A stretch of 63,300 nucleotides of DNA, filler included, from Rhabdomonas costata (GCA_019059605.1; 52 parts of 52 records of this genome joined end to end with filler, not necessarily neighbours in it); one strand, 5' to 3'; shown: positions 12,895 through 25,775, numbered from the whole stretch's first letter. Numbers and translations: made by a program. The notes: generated by a model from the sequence alone, not told the origin.

Positions 12895-13413
12895 GTTCTC
12901 GCGCGAAACTGTCGAAAAGCATGACCTCTACCTCCACCCCCTCAACGGCCGCAGCTTTTGCGTGTAAGGTGTTCCCACAGAGAACACAATTGGAGTGCCT
13001 AATTTTGGATAACGCTGCGCTTCTCTCCGAGTTTCCGTACCCTTCTCCACATAAGGCCTTGTGGTGAGCAAAGAATTTAGTGGTTGCATCCTGGAGGACT
13101 TGCTTTTTTTTCTTTTTGAAAATTGTTCCGTTTTTGTCCCAACATTCTTGCACTGTCCAGTAACTGAATTCTCGTTGACCACAGCGACTGGTTCGGCTGA
13201 ATGTAGGCGACCAGCTTGAAACAAAGAGGAAACGAGAAAGAGGTTTTTTCCGGAATGGCGGATGATGTGCGTTGCTTCGCTTCCTCCTCCCCTTACCCGC
13301 CTAACCACANNNNNNNNNNNNNNNNNNNNNNNNNNNNNNNNNNNNNNNNNNNNTTAATTAATTAANNNNNNNNNNNNNNNNNNNNNNNNNNNNNNNNNNN
13401 NNNNNNNNNTTTT

Positions 13414-13565
13414 TGGTAGAAAAGGGGAAACAGAAGGCTCACCCGTTTCTTTTGTATCGCCACGAATGGGACTGCGGCTGTGGTGGTAAGTCTGAGACAC
13501 CCTTTGTCCCACTTCGAGGCGATACAAAAGAAACGGGTGAGCCTTCTGTTTCCCCTTTTCTACCA
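13414..13565. repeat. Terminal inverted repeat (~47-bp perfect arms), probable amplification fold-back
   Basis: 13414-13460 is the reverse complement of ~13518-13565; starts at the contig end. Confidence 0.9.
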
Positions 13566-13892
13566 CAAACAGCTACCACACACACGCATCTGTCGCCAAC
13601 TAACCTGATAGGGACCACTGCGGGTCTTGAGAGCAGGAAATGCAACATTTCCCTCAAAGCTTTGGAAACGTGCAGTGCCGAGCACTTCCCGGTGCCTTGG
13701 AAGCCCTTCTTTCAGCAAGTCTGTGTGGAACCCGAACCACCCTATACCCTGACGTCCCACCTGGCGGGGGGGGGCGACTTCATTTTAATTGTACGCGTGA
13801 ATGCTTGTTTCCCTTTTCCCGCCATAACAGTCTTTCAAGTTCAAGTTCTTGTTTGTGGGGGGATATATGCAGGGGATTTCGCTAATGGCTAG

Positions 13893-14366
13893 CCCCCTCT
13901 TCCGGTTTATTGGACCTCTGACGTCGCGTCCGAAGCGAGGCGTGCCCTCTGAGCGGCTGCCGCAGCCTTCGCCTGCCGCGGTGGATGTTGAGTTCGATCC
14001 CTGCTCCAGGCCTGCGGAAGGTCCTGGGGTGATCGACACCCCTCCCACCTCATCCTATCTTCTCTGCGCGGAGATAGAGAATAGCGGTTTTATTTGGAAC
14101 TTGGATTGGCTTGGATGTTGGGGTGGCTATCTGTTGATCGTACGTGGATATGCCTTGTGTGATATGCATGAAGGCTTTCCCAGGCTCTATTGTTTGGGTT
14201 GTGTGTGCTCCTACTCCTCCCCAGAGCTGATTGCGGTTGTGCGGGAGGTTATTCTTGGGCTGCCCCAGGGCAGCTGCAGCGCCGCTGTGCTATTGCTTGA
14301 GGACTTCCCCAGTTTGACCTCTGCGGTAGGGCCGGCGCAGGCCCTGCGGGTGGTCTTCGACCTGCG
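13893..14366 (+). CDS. Two exons (13893-14020, 14225-14366) of an unknown alpha/beta protein
   Basis: Phase-compatible GT-AG intron; ELIAVVREVILGL...AAVLLLEDFPSLTSAVGPAQALRVVFDLR (hhhhED strand, weakly RecA-fold/Elp5-6-like). Confidence 0.5.
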
Positions 14367-15376
14367 GTGCCTCTGCATGGAGGCACAGATATAATCCGCC
14401 GCCCATCAGCGTTTTCGCTTTCTTTTGCCCTTCAGCAAGCGCATGACCATATAACAACTCATGTACATTCTCCTAGGATGGAGGCCGTGCTGTGCTAGCA
14501 AAGTTGATGTGGGACCTTTGCCGAGGTTANNNNNNNNNNNNNNNNNNNNNNNNNNNNNNNNNNNNNNNNNNNNTTAATTAATTAANNNNNNNNNNNNNNN
14601 NNNNNNNNNNNNNNNNNNNNNNNNNNNNNGGGTGGTTTTGGATTATCCAGGATATGGTGGTAGGCGTATCAGACGTTTGCACAACACTACTGTTTTTTTC
14701 TCGATCATGGGGTTCGTGGGGCCCCTCCACGTTTGAACGCTGTCGCGGGGAGCAACAACATGATGAAAAAACCATAATTTTACGAAACGCGTTGATTTTT
14801 TTTGCGTTGATTCTCAATAAGCGCGAGCCTGAGGAAACGAACATTTACGTCCCACTACAACCCTAAACCATCCTCTATTCTCCGTTAGCGCAGATAGCAT
14901 AACAAGTGAACACCTTGGGCTTATTATATAAATATTATTAATTATTATAGTATTCTTATTATAAACGCAGAAACGTCTTCCCGATGGCAACGATGTGTCC
15001 ACTATAAATATGATTTGGCTCCGTTGTACCCAGACACAAGTTCTAGAAAACCAGAAGTGTGCGGAAAAAGTGAAAAAAAAACTGCTATTCTTTCACGTTT
15101 TCACGTGCGAACCAGTCAGCACCCTTTTTCAATTTCTACCTGGGGTCTACCGTTAGTTCGGTGCAGCGGTAGCGGCTGGCGTGCACGGAGGCGGACGGGC
15201 AAAAATGAGGTTTATCCTGGGGAGTCTCGGTGATTTCAGCGATTCAGTCCGTGCGGTTTCTTTTTGGTCTACCGTTTTGCAGTCCTTTACAGTCCTTTAC
15301 TACAAACTGCAAAATCCAGGGTCGAAAAAGGACAAATTACGAAAATATGCGAGAAATTAGGATAAACAAAAAAAAA

Positions 15377-15751
15377 CGAAAAATTCAAAAAAGGACAAAA
15401 TTCAAAAAAGGACAAAATTCGAAAAAGGACGAAATTCGAAAAAGGACAAAATTCGAAAAAGGACGAAATTCAAAAAAGGACAAAATTCAAAAAAGGACAA
15501 AGTTCGAAAAAGGACAAAATACAAAAAAGGACAAAATTCAAAAAAGGACAAAATTCAAAACAAGGACAAAATTCAAAAAGGACAAAATTCGAAAAAGGAC
15601 AAAATTCAAAAAAGGACAAAATTCGAAAAAGGACAAAATTCAAAAAAGGACAAAATTCAAAAAAGGACAAAATTCAAAAAAGGACAAAATTCAAAAAAGG
15701 ACAAAATTCAAAAAAGGACAAAATTCAAAAAAGGACAAAATACAAAAAAAC
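15377..15751 (+). repeat. Minisatellite, ~17-bp unit GGACAAAATTC(A/G)AAAAA, about 20 copies, runs off the contig end
   Basis: Directly visible tandem array with small unit variants. Confidence 0.97.
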
Positions 15752-16038
15752 NNNNNNNNNNNNNNNNNNNNNNNNNNNNNNNNNNNNNNNNNNNNTTAAT
15801 TAATTAANNNNNNNNNNNNNNNNNNNNNNNNNNNNNNNNNNNNNNNNNNNNCAGCGACAGGTAGTGGGCAGTAGCCAGAGCGTTGAACTGCGCTTCAGTG
15901 CCATGTGAAACGCAGCTCGCCCTTGGGACTTTGGATGATGAACTAAAGATGAATCGGACGGTGCCACATCGCACAGTCGGTGTTTTAATACGGAGTTTTA
16001 ATATGCCGCACATAGCAGAAGCCGCAGCACAGCCGTAC

Positions 16039-16125
16039 CACAACGACTTTCCGGGTCTCCCTCCACTTCCTCTGGATGATCTTCGCAGCTTCGTCTCTCC
16101 GGTCATCGTCGTTGTTTAGGTCCAT
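16039..16125 (-). CDS. Probable first coding exon with an IQ calmodulin-binding motif
   Basis: MDLNNDDDRRDEAAKIIQRKWRETRKVVV|gtacgg; AA..IQR.WR motif. Confidence 0.6.
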
Positions 16126-19100
16126 TCACGGCACAACGCAAAACCAAGAGAGGGCGGGGTGGGTGAAAGCACACAGATACGTACAAGGCGAGGGACGCAG
16201 GAGACACAAGGGGGAAAAATACTGCGGAGAAGAGCAGAGCCGCATGACAGCGCAATGGTTGTTTCCTCATATTTCCTTCGACCGCGAAGGTCACCTTGTT
16301 GCGAAGCTGAACCTGCAAACGCATTTATCACATATTTCGTGAAATCGAGCTGTCTGACCCTTCTAATCCCATTTGCATGAGGACCCGGCCAGCAGGACAC
16401 GGTGGGACTGGGAGGTGAGAATGGCCGGATGCAGCAGGATGGGGTGAAGGATGCCATGTCTGTTTGCCTTACCTGTCCAATCCCATCAACTCTGGAACGC
16501 AAGGCTTCACAGCAGCAAGTGCCAGGCCAGACGAGTGGTCACACACAAGGCACTCAGGAACAGAAGCAGTCTCAGGTTTAAGAAGGGGCCCATCGACCCA
16601 TGCCACTGGCCATGTAGCAAGGGGACGCGCGAGGCAGTGCAGAGAGGACCCAACGAGAAAATGAAAAAGCACAGAAAATTCCACACATCGGTTCCTGTGT
16701 GCATCTGCAGGCTGCAGCCGAGTATCACCAGTACCACAACACTTCTCCCACCCCACCACCACAAAACAATGGAAGCACAACTTGACATCAATCCACGCCC
16801 ATCCATACGGCGAACAGGGACCACCAAAACACCTAATAAAAAAAGCAAAAAGTACAACGGCGAAGGAAGCCAACAGTGTTTCTCCGAAGCGGTGATGACA
16901 GCAGCTGACACACACAAATACTCACTCACTCACTCACTCACTCACCGCGCCGGAACTCTCCACCACAAACCNNNNNNNNNNNNNNNNNNNNNNNNNNNNN
17001 NNNNNNNNNNNNNNNTTAATTAATTAANNNNNNNNNNNNNNNNNNNNNNNNNNNNNNNNNNNNNNNNNNNNTGACACAACTTCACACATCGGATATGTTC
17101 ACGTGTTGTACTGGTCATGCGAGTCACTCGTCCTAGTATTTGTGGTGTGTCGGGCAAATCATCAAGTCATACGAAATACTATTTACCAATTATAATTGCG
17201 CAAGAAAAAACCACATCTCTGCTAACATAAAATCTCCCCAGCACTTCCTGGATAAACACACTTCATTCTGTAAACTGAAACCAACAAGTCGTTAGCGATT
17301 CTCAACATGTACAAAGCACTATGGAATGCACTTTAAAGCTGGCCAACACTCACCCACAACTCATGTAGTCGCATTCCACTACAAATGGCTTTTATCTAAA
17401 GCTCACTGCTTTTCCACTGACATCTTTCTTTCCAATTCAGCACTAATTTCTCCACCAAAATCACATCAAGGGGAAAATTTCCTTGAAATGGAGACTCAGG
17501 AACCTCTGCTGTGGGGGCTGGTTCTCGCAACTCCGTTAGAAATCCCCGCAATCTTGAGCAACTACGTTTGAATCTTCCAATCTATCGTATGATGAAAAAG
17601 CCATCTTTTACGACCAAGGTCTGCATTCCAAAGATATGATTCCACCTTGTCGCTGCTGTCCTCTTCCACTTGTGAGTCTTTCAGTCCTCCACTGTAATGG
17701 GAACCCCTCTCCCACCTGTGTCTCTGCTTCTGAGCACTGTATCATTACCAGTGGGCGTGGCTCTGTGCTATGTTACAAAGGCAAAGCTCAAAAACTCTGC
17801 GGCAAATCTGAAGGAGAATCAACTTCCACCTGAGATTGGCTTTTAAGATGCGCGTGCTGAACTGGTTGGGTTTCCACCTGTACTTCTGACTCCAAACAGG
17901 CTATCATCTGCATCAACTGTGTGACACTTTACGCAAAGACAACGACTCTACTAAGTTTCGAACTGTTTCCCGCAATGTCATCGAAGTAGTCGTTAGTGTG
18001 CTCAACACTATACTCGAATCGAAAGCCTCTGACTGAATCTCATGGCGGTAAAGCGCTTCCGGTTGCAGTGCTGATGGATCTCAGGGGGGCGCTACTTGTG
18101 GTAAATTTGCGCCCGGAGAAAAATATCTCGGCACTGAAGAAGCTTGGAATTGAACCACACAACACAAAGAAAGCTGCTGCGACACACCCACNNNNNNNNN
18201 NNNNNNNNNNNNNNNNNNNNNNNNNNNNNNNNNNNTTAATTAATTAANNNNNNNNNNNNNNNNNNNNNNNNNNNNNNNNNNNNNNNNNNNNGCGCCAGCG
18301 CGATCATTTACCGTCTTTTTGTTTGCTCTGACTTAGTGACCTTGCAGTATAAGGTGAGCATTGTTCGGTGGCGCGGACCTGGGCATCCCCTGTACAACGT
18401 GGGATTAACTCCCGTTTTTCCAGAACCGCTTCTTACGAAAACTTAAAGAATCTCAAGAAATTTCGAGCTAAACCAAAGCAGGCCGAGGGGCTTCTGTATA
18501 TACAGCAGGCCTTCCGAAGCGCTGCATGGCCGGTCCTTGAGGTCAGAATTTTCCAAATTTTTCGAGAAGAAAATTCGAGAAAAAAATAGATTCTTTCGGA
18601 AGATCGATTTTTGTGAAAAGACCACCAACTGAGTAAGGCCTACACCAAAATCCGGACCCTCAGGGGGAGGGGGGAGGGGCTTGCATTGGGGAAATCCCGA
18701 TTCTCAAGGACACACACACGCGCTGGGACGCATCCACCAAGAGGGGGACACGCATACGGAGACTATGTGCACGTACATAGGGACACCGTTGCTGCTCTGG
18801 GAGGGAAATCGAAACTAATGATTGGCTCGAGGGTGTAGGGCTCCTCCACACATCCTTTCCAGCAAAAAGGTGAGGGAAAGGTACCCCATCCATCAAGATT
18901 TAGCGGCTGAGGGGTGCTGTGTCATGTCTACTCCACCTATCGATACTGACCTCCAAGACATGTCCGAGTCAGGATTGTTGTGCGAAGTCTTACCCTGTAC
19001 TACTGAAAACAAGCCAGGCCGAGGGATTCGGAAGGCCCGTTGCGAAAGGCGAGCGAGAGCTTGATTCTCTTGATATCAGCCCGTGCATTCCGTGGTCGCT

Positions 19101-19813
19101 TTCAAAACTTTTGAACAGCCTTCCAGGGCCTTCCAACAATCGCCAGCCCAAGTAAGGCGTTTTCCTCTCTTTCTCTCTCCACATTTACCAGAAGAACGAA
19201 GCGGCGTCTCCCATCCAGCCTAGCTCCGCAGAAGTCGCCGCCGCCAAAGGGGCTTCCGCGACGACTTCTTTCAAGGGTAGCAACGCTAAGGCGGCCGCCA
19301 AGGCATCCGGATCTTTGTGGGAGCAGGATTTCGACCGGGTGCTTTCCTTCCTGCAGGCCGTCGAGGGGCACTCCTCTTAGGTTTTCCTGTCGTGTTCTGC
19401 TCCCACAAACANNNNNNNNNNNNNNNNNNNNNNNNNNNNNNNNNNNNNNNNNNNNTTAATTAATTAANNNNNNNNNNNNNNNNNNNNNNNNNNNNNNNNN
19501 NNNNNNNNNNNGGGGGTTGGGTGGGGGTTGGGGAGCGAGGTCTGCGTGTTCTCCGACACGATCTCACATGGAGTTGGTGTAGGTGGCAATGCACGCGTGC
19601 CCCAGGACATGATGGACGCCGCATGTGGTTCGGGAGCGATGCACAATGTACACCCTATATGGGCAGATTCAATGCTTCCGTACCTTGGGTCCCCAAAATG
19701 CACTTGATAGGAGGGGAGACCCATGATGCCAGAACGCCCACCTCAATCACGGACCTGTGCATCCATCCCCCCACCTATATACAGAAACGCATACACGTGG
19801 ATGAGCAGACACA

Positions 19814-20233
19814 CTACCAAGACATTTTCTCTCTCAGGGAGTTTGCGGAGGCTTCGAAGTCGGCGCCTTCCGCCAGGGTGACGCTCCCCGAAAACCGCAC
19901 ACGAGGGGTCGCCCCAGAGGACTGATGAGTGAGCCCGTTGCTGGAGGAGCCAGACAGCACTATGTTGGAAGGGGGCTTCAAAATGCCTCGCACCAAAGTG
20001 GGATTGCCGTTGCCCCGGGCAGACGCCGGTGAAGAGTGTTCTGAAGCCTTGTTCTGAAGCCCCACCCACCAAAGCGGCGGGGGTTGGGCGGAAAAGCTGC
20101 TCGCAGAAGGAGAAGGTACCGCAGTTAGGAAGATCGGGAAGCAGACCGCTGAAGCTACCGTGTTTGTGGCTTCCGTGCCATTCAGCTCTTGGGTGCAACA
20201 CACAGCCACTGAGCGGATGCTTGCGCGCTGCCC
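19814..20233 (-). CDS. Probable terminal exon, disordered S/P-rich region
   Basis: caccag| acceptor; open frame ending ...RGILKPP...TPRVRFSGSV...KMSW*. Frame choice not certain. Confidence 0.4.
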   Translation of the reverse strand, partial: GQRASIRSVAVCCTQELNGTEATNTVASAVCFPIFLTAVPSPSASSFSAQPPPLWWVGLQNKASEHSSPASARGNGNPTLVRGILKPPSNIVLSGSSSNGLTHQSSGATPRVRFSGSVTLAEGADFEASANSLREKMSW

Positions 20234-20782
20234 TGGTGCAGTTCAGGTGTTAGAAAACGTACAATAACGTCAGAGAGATGGAAGGGTAAGAGAGCTCCCT
20301 TGTCTTTTCCTTCGAATTTCCACCCCCCACCCCATTTTCTTTTTTTTTTCGTTATGGCCACTCACCACTGAAATGGCCTAAGATTAAGACGACACAAACC
20401 GGGACGGACACTCACCTCACAACAACAACATGCGATGAAACCACACCCGACCCACACACACCAAGCCGAAAAATCGGCTGAGTGAAAGCGGGTTGACCGC
20501 CTTCCGCATGGGCGCGGTGGAAGCGGCGGTGGCAGCGGCCATTGGGTAGTCGAACCACAACACCACCGGGCTGAGCCCAGCGCAGGCCCTGTCCTCGCCC
20601 ACCTTGCACAGCGTGGGGGAGGCCATACCCANNNNNNNNNNNNNNNNNNNNNNNNNNNNNNNNNNNNNNNNNNNNTTAATTAATTAANNNNNNNNNNNNN
20701 NNNNNNNNNNNNNNNNNNNNNNNNNNNNNNNGGGGTGGTGAAGCGCTGGGCACAGCAGAAGCTGATCTATGGCAAGGTACGG

Positions 20783-21332
20783 GAGCGGGACAGGTCGGGC
20801 ACCTCCTTGGCCACGGTCTCAGCCACGCGGACGGCCGCCAGCCCATTTTCGGAGGCCTGGTCCCTCGAATGGACCCTGACCTCGGGGCTCCACACGAGAT
20901 CCTGGGGGCTCAAGGCTCTGGGCGGCCGGTCAATCAGACTCAGCGAGAGGTCCACGGGCACCCCAGGGTAACCCCACAGAAGGATCTCTCCAAGCACGGC
21001 CGGATCGGCCAAGGCCGTCACGCTGGCGGGGACAGCAGTTGTGGGGCACTGGCGGGCAAGCGCAGCTTGACACAGGAGTGCTGCGCGGAGCTGAGCGGCA
21101 AAGGGATGAGCGAGGAAGCGGACGATTGGAGCGTTGGGAGAGTCGATCGCCCTCACCAGAGAGGTGAGAGGGGCTTTACCCTGCAGGAACGTCACAAAGC
21201 CGTGACAGAAGGTATCCCGAGAGACACTCCGGCAGGAAGTGATCAGCACGGCATCCAGGTCGGAACCCCCCGTGGCGAATCCCAGCCGGTGTGAGCCAAA
21301 GGCCTGGACGACGATCACGTCATCCGGATCCT
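20783..21332 (-). CDS. PAP: Exon of canonical-type poly(A) polymerase (nucleotidyltransferase domain)
   Basis: FGSHRLGFATGGSDLDAVLI (GS...DxD), SRDTF, PIVRF...GVPVDLS (third Asp), GLAAVRVAETVAKEVPD; the continuation VKRWAQQKLIYGK is present inverted at 20735-20776. Confidence 0.85.
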
Positions 21333-21362
21333 CTGCCAGAGTGTACAGACAAAAAAAACTGG

Positions 21363-21595
21363 AACAAAAATCAGTGCTGGCACAGCGCCGTGCAGGTGGG
21401 CGGACAGTGTGCCAGCCTACAGTTTTTCTCTTATCAAAGCCCAAGCTTGATATAGGGCAAGCGTAAAGGCGGCCCTTCCAACCCTGCGTGAAGGCCAAAA
21501 GGGACCTAAAAACACCCCCAAAATGGCCCTAAAACGGCCTCTAGGGCGGCGGCAAAACCCAAGCATTGCGGCCCGCTCCGGTGCCAGCATGAAGT
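21363..21595. mobile_element. Dispersed repeat copy 1 (in the PAP intron), with terminal hairpin
   Basis: Shares ACAAAAATCAG + hairpin, CTAGGGCGGC and a 25/28-nt block with 62935-63100. Confidence 0.6.
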
Positions 21596-23587
21596 ACGCC
21601 TGGGCTCTACCCATAGGTAAGCTAAGCAGGCCCAGCCGAAAGCTTAGGGTCACCATGCAGGCCTGCTAAGGTCCGAAAAGTGCACCCCGGGCCCTTGACA
21701 AGTCTTTAAGTCGAAAATGCTCTTAAAATAGGACCTTGAAGGGGCCATATCTCGGCGTAGAGAAGGAGTCCGATGCCGGGAAGGGAAGCGGCCAACTAAC
21801 TCATCTCAGGAGTACTACTATTCCACACAAACCCCAACCACACCCAACACNNNNNNNNNNNNNNNNNNNNNNNNNNNNNNNNNNNNNNNNNNNNTTAATT
21901 AATTAANNNNNNNNNNNNNNNNNNNNNNNNNNNNNNNNNNNNNNNNNNNNGTGTGGGGGGGCGGGGAACGAGCATGTGGAATGAATTTTAGAGGCAGAAT
22001 TTTCTTTTGCGTAATTTTCTAGATGTTGGTCCGTCCTTCGAAACCCCGTAGGTGGCGAAAGCTGTTGGTCCAGCACCGGGGAACGGTGATGCCCGTGTTT
22101 GCCTTCTTCCGGGTTTGCCCTCTTCCTTTGACGCCCCACTTCCCTCCTTTTTTGTGGTGGCATTACTGAGTGTAATCATTTTTTCGGTTTGGTACCCTGA
22201 CGAAGCTTTGCTATTGTTCTGCTTTTGGGTGGTGTGAAAGCCGTGTAAGAAAACGAAACCTGTCTCTCAGCTCGCGTTTTATATCTTTCCATGATCAGCC
22301 TGCAGCTTCCCTGTTTTCCGCTCATGTTCGCTCTAATTCCACCCCACAACAAATGCTAGTGGGGCGCATCTACGTCTGGTGGTGGTGGCCCGATAGGTGA
22401 CTGTGGGGTTTTTCTGATCTCAATTTGTTTTCATGTTTGTACAGCTGTGCATTTCCTACTATGCTACTACCACCATCACCCCTCGGTGTTCAGGTACTGG
22501 GTTGGAATTTGGGCCAAGAATCCGACTTTCACGAGCCCGGTGGGTCGGCACTCGCTGCGTCAGCACCCTGCCATGCCCCTAACCCCAACCCCGCAGCCCG
22601 GACCTCCTCCCAGCCCAGTCGGAGGCTGAGACGTCCAGTAACCCTGTTTTGTTTTTCGGGGGACTCCACCACCAGCGCTCTCTCTGGTGGTTTCATGAGC
22701 GACTTTGGCGGCCCGAATGCGGAAGTAGGCATGTACTGTGCGGGGGAACCTTTGCAGACGACCAAACAACCGCCCTCGGAGGCGCGTACTCTGCAACCGT
22801 GTGACTACCCCCAAGAAAGGCGCGTCCTGCCCCGCAGCGCAGAACTTGGACGTGTAACCAGGTTCTGTAGGTAATATGCGGGTTCGGGACCGTGAGAGAC
22901 CCCAGGCGATTCACAACAAGGACAGGGCAGGCGTTGGGAGATTGGCCGACCTAGGTGGGCCGTTTCCACCTCCGCCTCAAGGCTCCCCATCCGATTTTGG
23001 ATTTAGGTGACGACCCGCAACCAGCAGCCGTCACCATGGCTTCCACTTCCACTATCATCGCACCCCCCCCNNNNNNNNNNNNNNNNNNNNNNNNNNNNNN
23101 NNNNNNNNNNNNNNTTAATTAATTAANNNNNNNNNNNNNNNNNNNNNNNNNNNNNNNNNNNNNNNNNNNNTGTTGTGGGTGAGGCAAGGCACAAGGTAAT
23201 GTGAAGGGGCGGACTGGAGGAGAAGGTACGTGGCATTGGAGGAGGTGATGCGGTGGTGTGCGTAGAAGGGAATTCTAGAGGGAAACGGTGGAATGGGTGG
23301 ATGGTCGACGTGTAAACGCGTGTTGTGTGTGTGTGTGCCTTTGTACGTGTGCGTGTACGTGCACACTTTGCAACTATGCTAGTTTTTTTTAGAAATGAAA
23401 GTTGTCCCGTGAGTCATCATCAAGGTTTAGCTTCTGATCACTTCCGAAAAAGTATTTCTGCTCTCCATGGATTCTCAGTTCTGGCATTGCCCGCACCATA
23501 AAATGTGTGCGTCTTTGTTGGAGAATGGGTCCCCGCTATCGAAGCGGATAAAGTCACAGCAGCAACCCCCCCCCCCAAGACACACAC

Positions 23588-24260
23588 CTCCAGCCACGAG
23601 GACTGTAAGTAGTTACCCTCGTTCAGCGCAATACGGATCAGAGTCCGGATGCTGTCGATGTTTTTTGGGCCCAGCTGCTTCAGGTTGTTGATGTACGTCA
23701 TCTTGGACAGCGCCTGCACGAAGGCCTCTGAGAAAAGTTCAGCTGAATTCTGGCTCCGGAAAAACAACCTCAACCATGGAATAACAATGTTTTGTGTCAC
23801 TATGGACTAGTCGCCACCTGGGCTTAATTTGCTTGTACGTCTATCTGCACGTACGTCTATCCACATCTTCACAGGGATGTTCCTCTACAGCGGGAAGAGC
23901 ACCTGGTCACATCCCAACCCTAACAGGGACATGTCGACTTCATTCAAATATAAGAATTAAGGAATGCAATTCTGTTTTGAAAGCGAAAAAGTGGAAATAA
24001 AAAATATTTGAATGGGACTTTAACCTATCTATTTACCTGGTTCACAATGTTATTTCCCGTGTTTTTAACAAATGAGCATCAAAAATTCTTCCTTCACTGC
24101 AAAAGCGGACCGTAGCTGGGAGCTCTGAAAAACTCAACCGAAGCGGAGAGTGGGAGGGGGTCCGAAAGCACGCACCCCGCTCGGTGCTCATCTCGAACAT
24201 CGCGGCGATGTGGATGCCGTGCTCGAAGCCCTCCAGGCAGACCTGGACGATCTTCATGTT
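23588..24260 (-). CDS. Two exons (24260-24176, 23727-23588) of a BIG/Sec7-type large ARF-GEF (region downstream of the Sec7 domain)
   Basis: IVQVCLEGFEHGIHIAAMFEMSTER-EAFVQALSKMT...KNIDSIRTLIRIALNEGNYLQSSWLE matches BIG1/2 CLEGF..AI.IA..F...ERDAFV.AL...KNI..I..L..IA...GNYL..SW.E. Confidence 0.92.
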
Positions 24261-24959
24261 CTGTCCGTAGCCACCCCAAGGTTTGTAATNNNNNNNNNNN
24301 NNNNNNNNNNNNNNNNNNNNNNNNNNNNNNNNNTTAATTAATTAANNNNNNNNNNNNNNNNNNNNNNNNNNNNNNNNNNNNNNNNNNNNGGTTTGTGGGC
24401 ACGTCCTCATTCGTCCGTCCCCACCTCCTCAACCAACGCTGCGCCCACTTCTCTGTTTGCATTTCTCTTCGGGGGGAGGCAGACTCTGCCCGGGAAGCCG
24501 GGTCGGGTGTAGAACGTTCGTAAAACTGTGGTTTAGAATTCTATGAAAGAGTTGGTGGGCGGTTACAGAAGAATTTGGGTTGGCATTTGCTCCTTGTTTG
24601 CTGGATTTTTTTTTATATCTGAAAACCCCGTTGTGAAGGACGTTGATGATTGAAACCTTGTCTGGATTCCTTCTTGTCCAGATTGACGTTTTGGCAAAGT
24701 CCTTTTTTGCCTTGGAAGGCTACCTTTGCTGTGGTGAAAGCAAGGGTAACCTTCAGTATTCATGCTCCGCTCCGCACCTCTCATTGACTCTCGTCACAAG
24801 CTGTCACAGTGCCATCGCTGGCTCACCAAGTTCATTTCATGTTAACATTTTTGACAGTCTTGACAGTATTATTCTGTTTAGGCATTGCATCCGTCCAGGC
24901 AGCTGAAGTGTGTGCGCTTAGAGCAGCTGCTATACGCCATGTTCAAACCAACTCCCCAG

Positions 24960-25073
24960 GATGTCCAGGCTGCCGCTAACGAGGTCAGCGTTCTGTCCAG
25001 CCTAACTCACCCCAACATCATCGAGTACTACGAGTACACCTTGGACGACGATGGGTTTCTGAACATTGTTATG
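24960..25073 (+). CDS. Exon of a NEK-like Ser/Thr kinase (subdomains III-V)
   Basis: ccccag|DVQAAANEVSVLSSLTHPNIIEYYEYTLDDDGFLNIVM|gtgtgg. Confidence 0.85.
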
Positions 25074-25361
25074 GTGTGGGCCTCCTGGAAAGCGCAGCAA
25101 CAACCAACCCCCCGCACCCCGCACCCGGTCAGTCCTTGCAAGTTGTCCGCTTTCCCCAACTTGGCATACCTCCTCAACTGAGCCTCTCGAAGGGCAGGGC
25201 AGGTAAAACTATTCCTCCCTCAAATTATCCAAGAAGTTGTTAGCCTTGGTATGACAGCAAAGGAGTCGGTGAGCTTGCTAAGAAAGGAAAGGCCTGTTTA
25301 AATATTAAAGAATCATTTTGAGGGGGTTGTCGTGTCGGGTGACCTTTTTAAAGCAGTGTGC

Positions 25362-25501
25362 GTTCTCCGGTGCAGGCTGTACACTTATGTTCTGAGTGGA
25401 GCTACAAATTGCTGCGCAAACTTTCGTTTCTCACATGAAAGTCACAAGTCGCAATTTGTAGCTCCACTCAGAACATAAGTGTACAGCCTGCACCGGAGAA
25501 C
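25362..25501. repeat. Terminal inverted repeat (51-bp perfect arms), probable fold-back
   Basis: 25362-25412 is the reverse complement of 25451-25501, ending at the A/C contig tail. Confidence 0.9.
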
Positions 25502-25775
25502 CACACCACNNNNNNNNNNNNNNNNNNNNNNNNNNNNNNNNNNNNNNNNNNNNTTAATTAATTAANNNNNNNNNNNNNNNNNNNNNNNNNNNNNNNNNNN
25601 NNNNNNNNNTTTTTGGTGTGCTGCGTTCTGAAGATCCTTTTTATCCATGGAACTATGTAGTTCTCGTTTCCGTTATGAGGGATGTCGCTCTGTGTGTCCG
25701 TGCATCGACCCCCTTTTGTGTTTTATTGCACTCGCTGCGGCTCTCGCTGCGTCATCCTGCGTCATCCCTTGCCAG

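Noticed and set aside
13354..13892. Two ORFs on opposite strands with identical N-termini (MVEKGKQKAHPFLLYR)
   Set aside because: A consequence of the terminal inverted repeat.
13985..14010. GTTCGATCC B-box/tRNA T-loop-like motif
   Set aside because: No cloverleaf or A box; lies within a probable exon.
15230..15799. 189-aa Lys-rich ORF
   Set aside because: Translation of the 17-bp minisatellite; the unit length is not a multiple of three.
17072..18191. AT-richer contig (also 6090-6850) as a transposase remnant
   Set aside because: Frames are broken on both strands and I recognised no motif; cannot be supported without a search.
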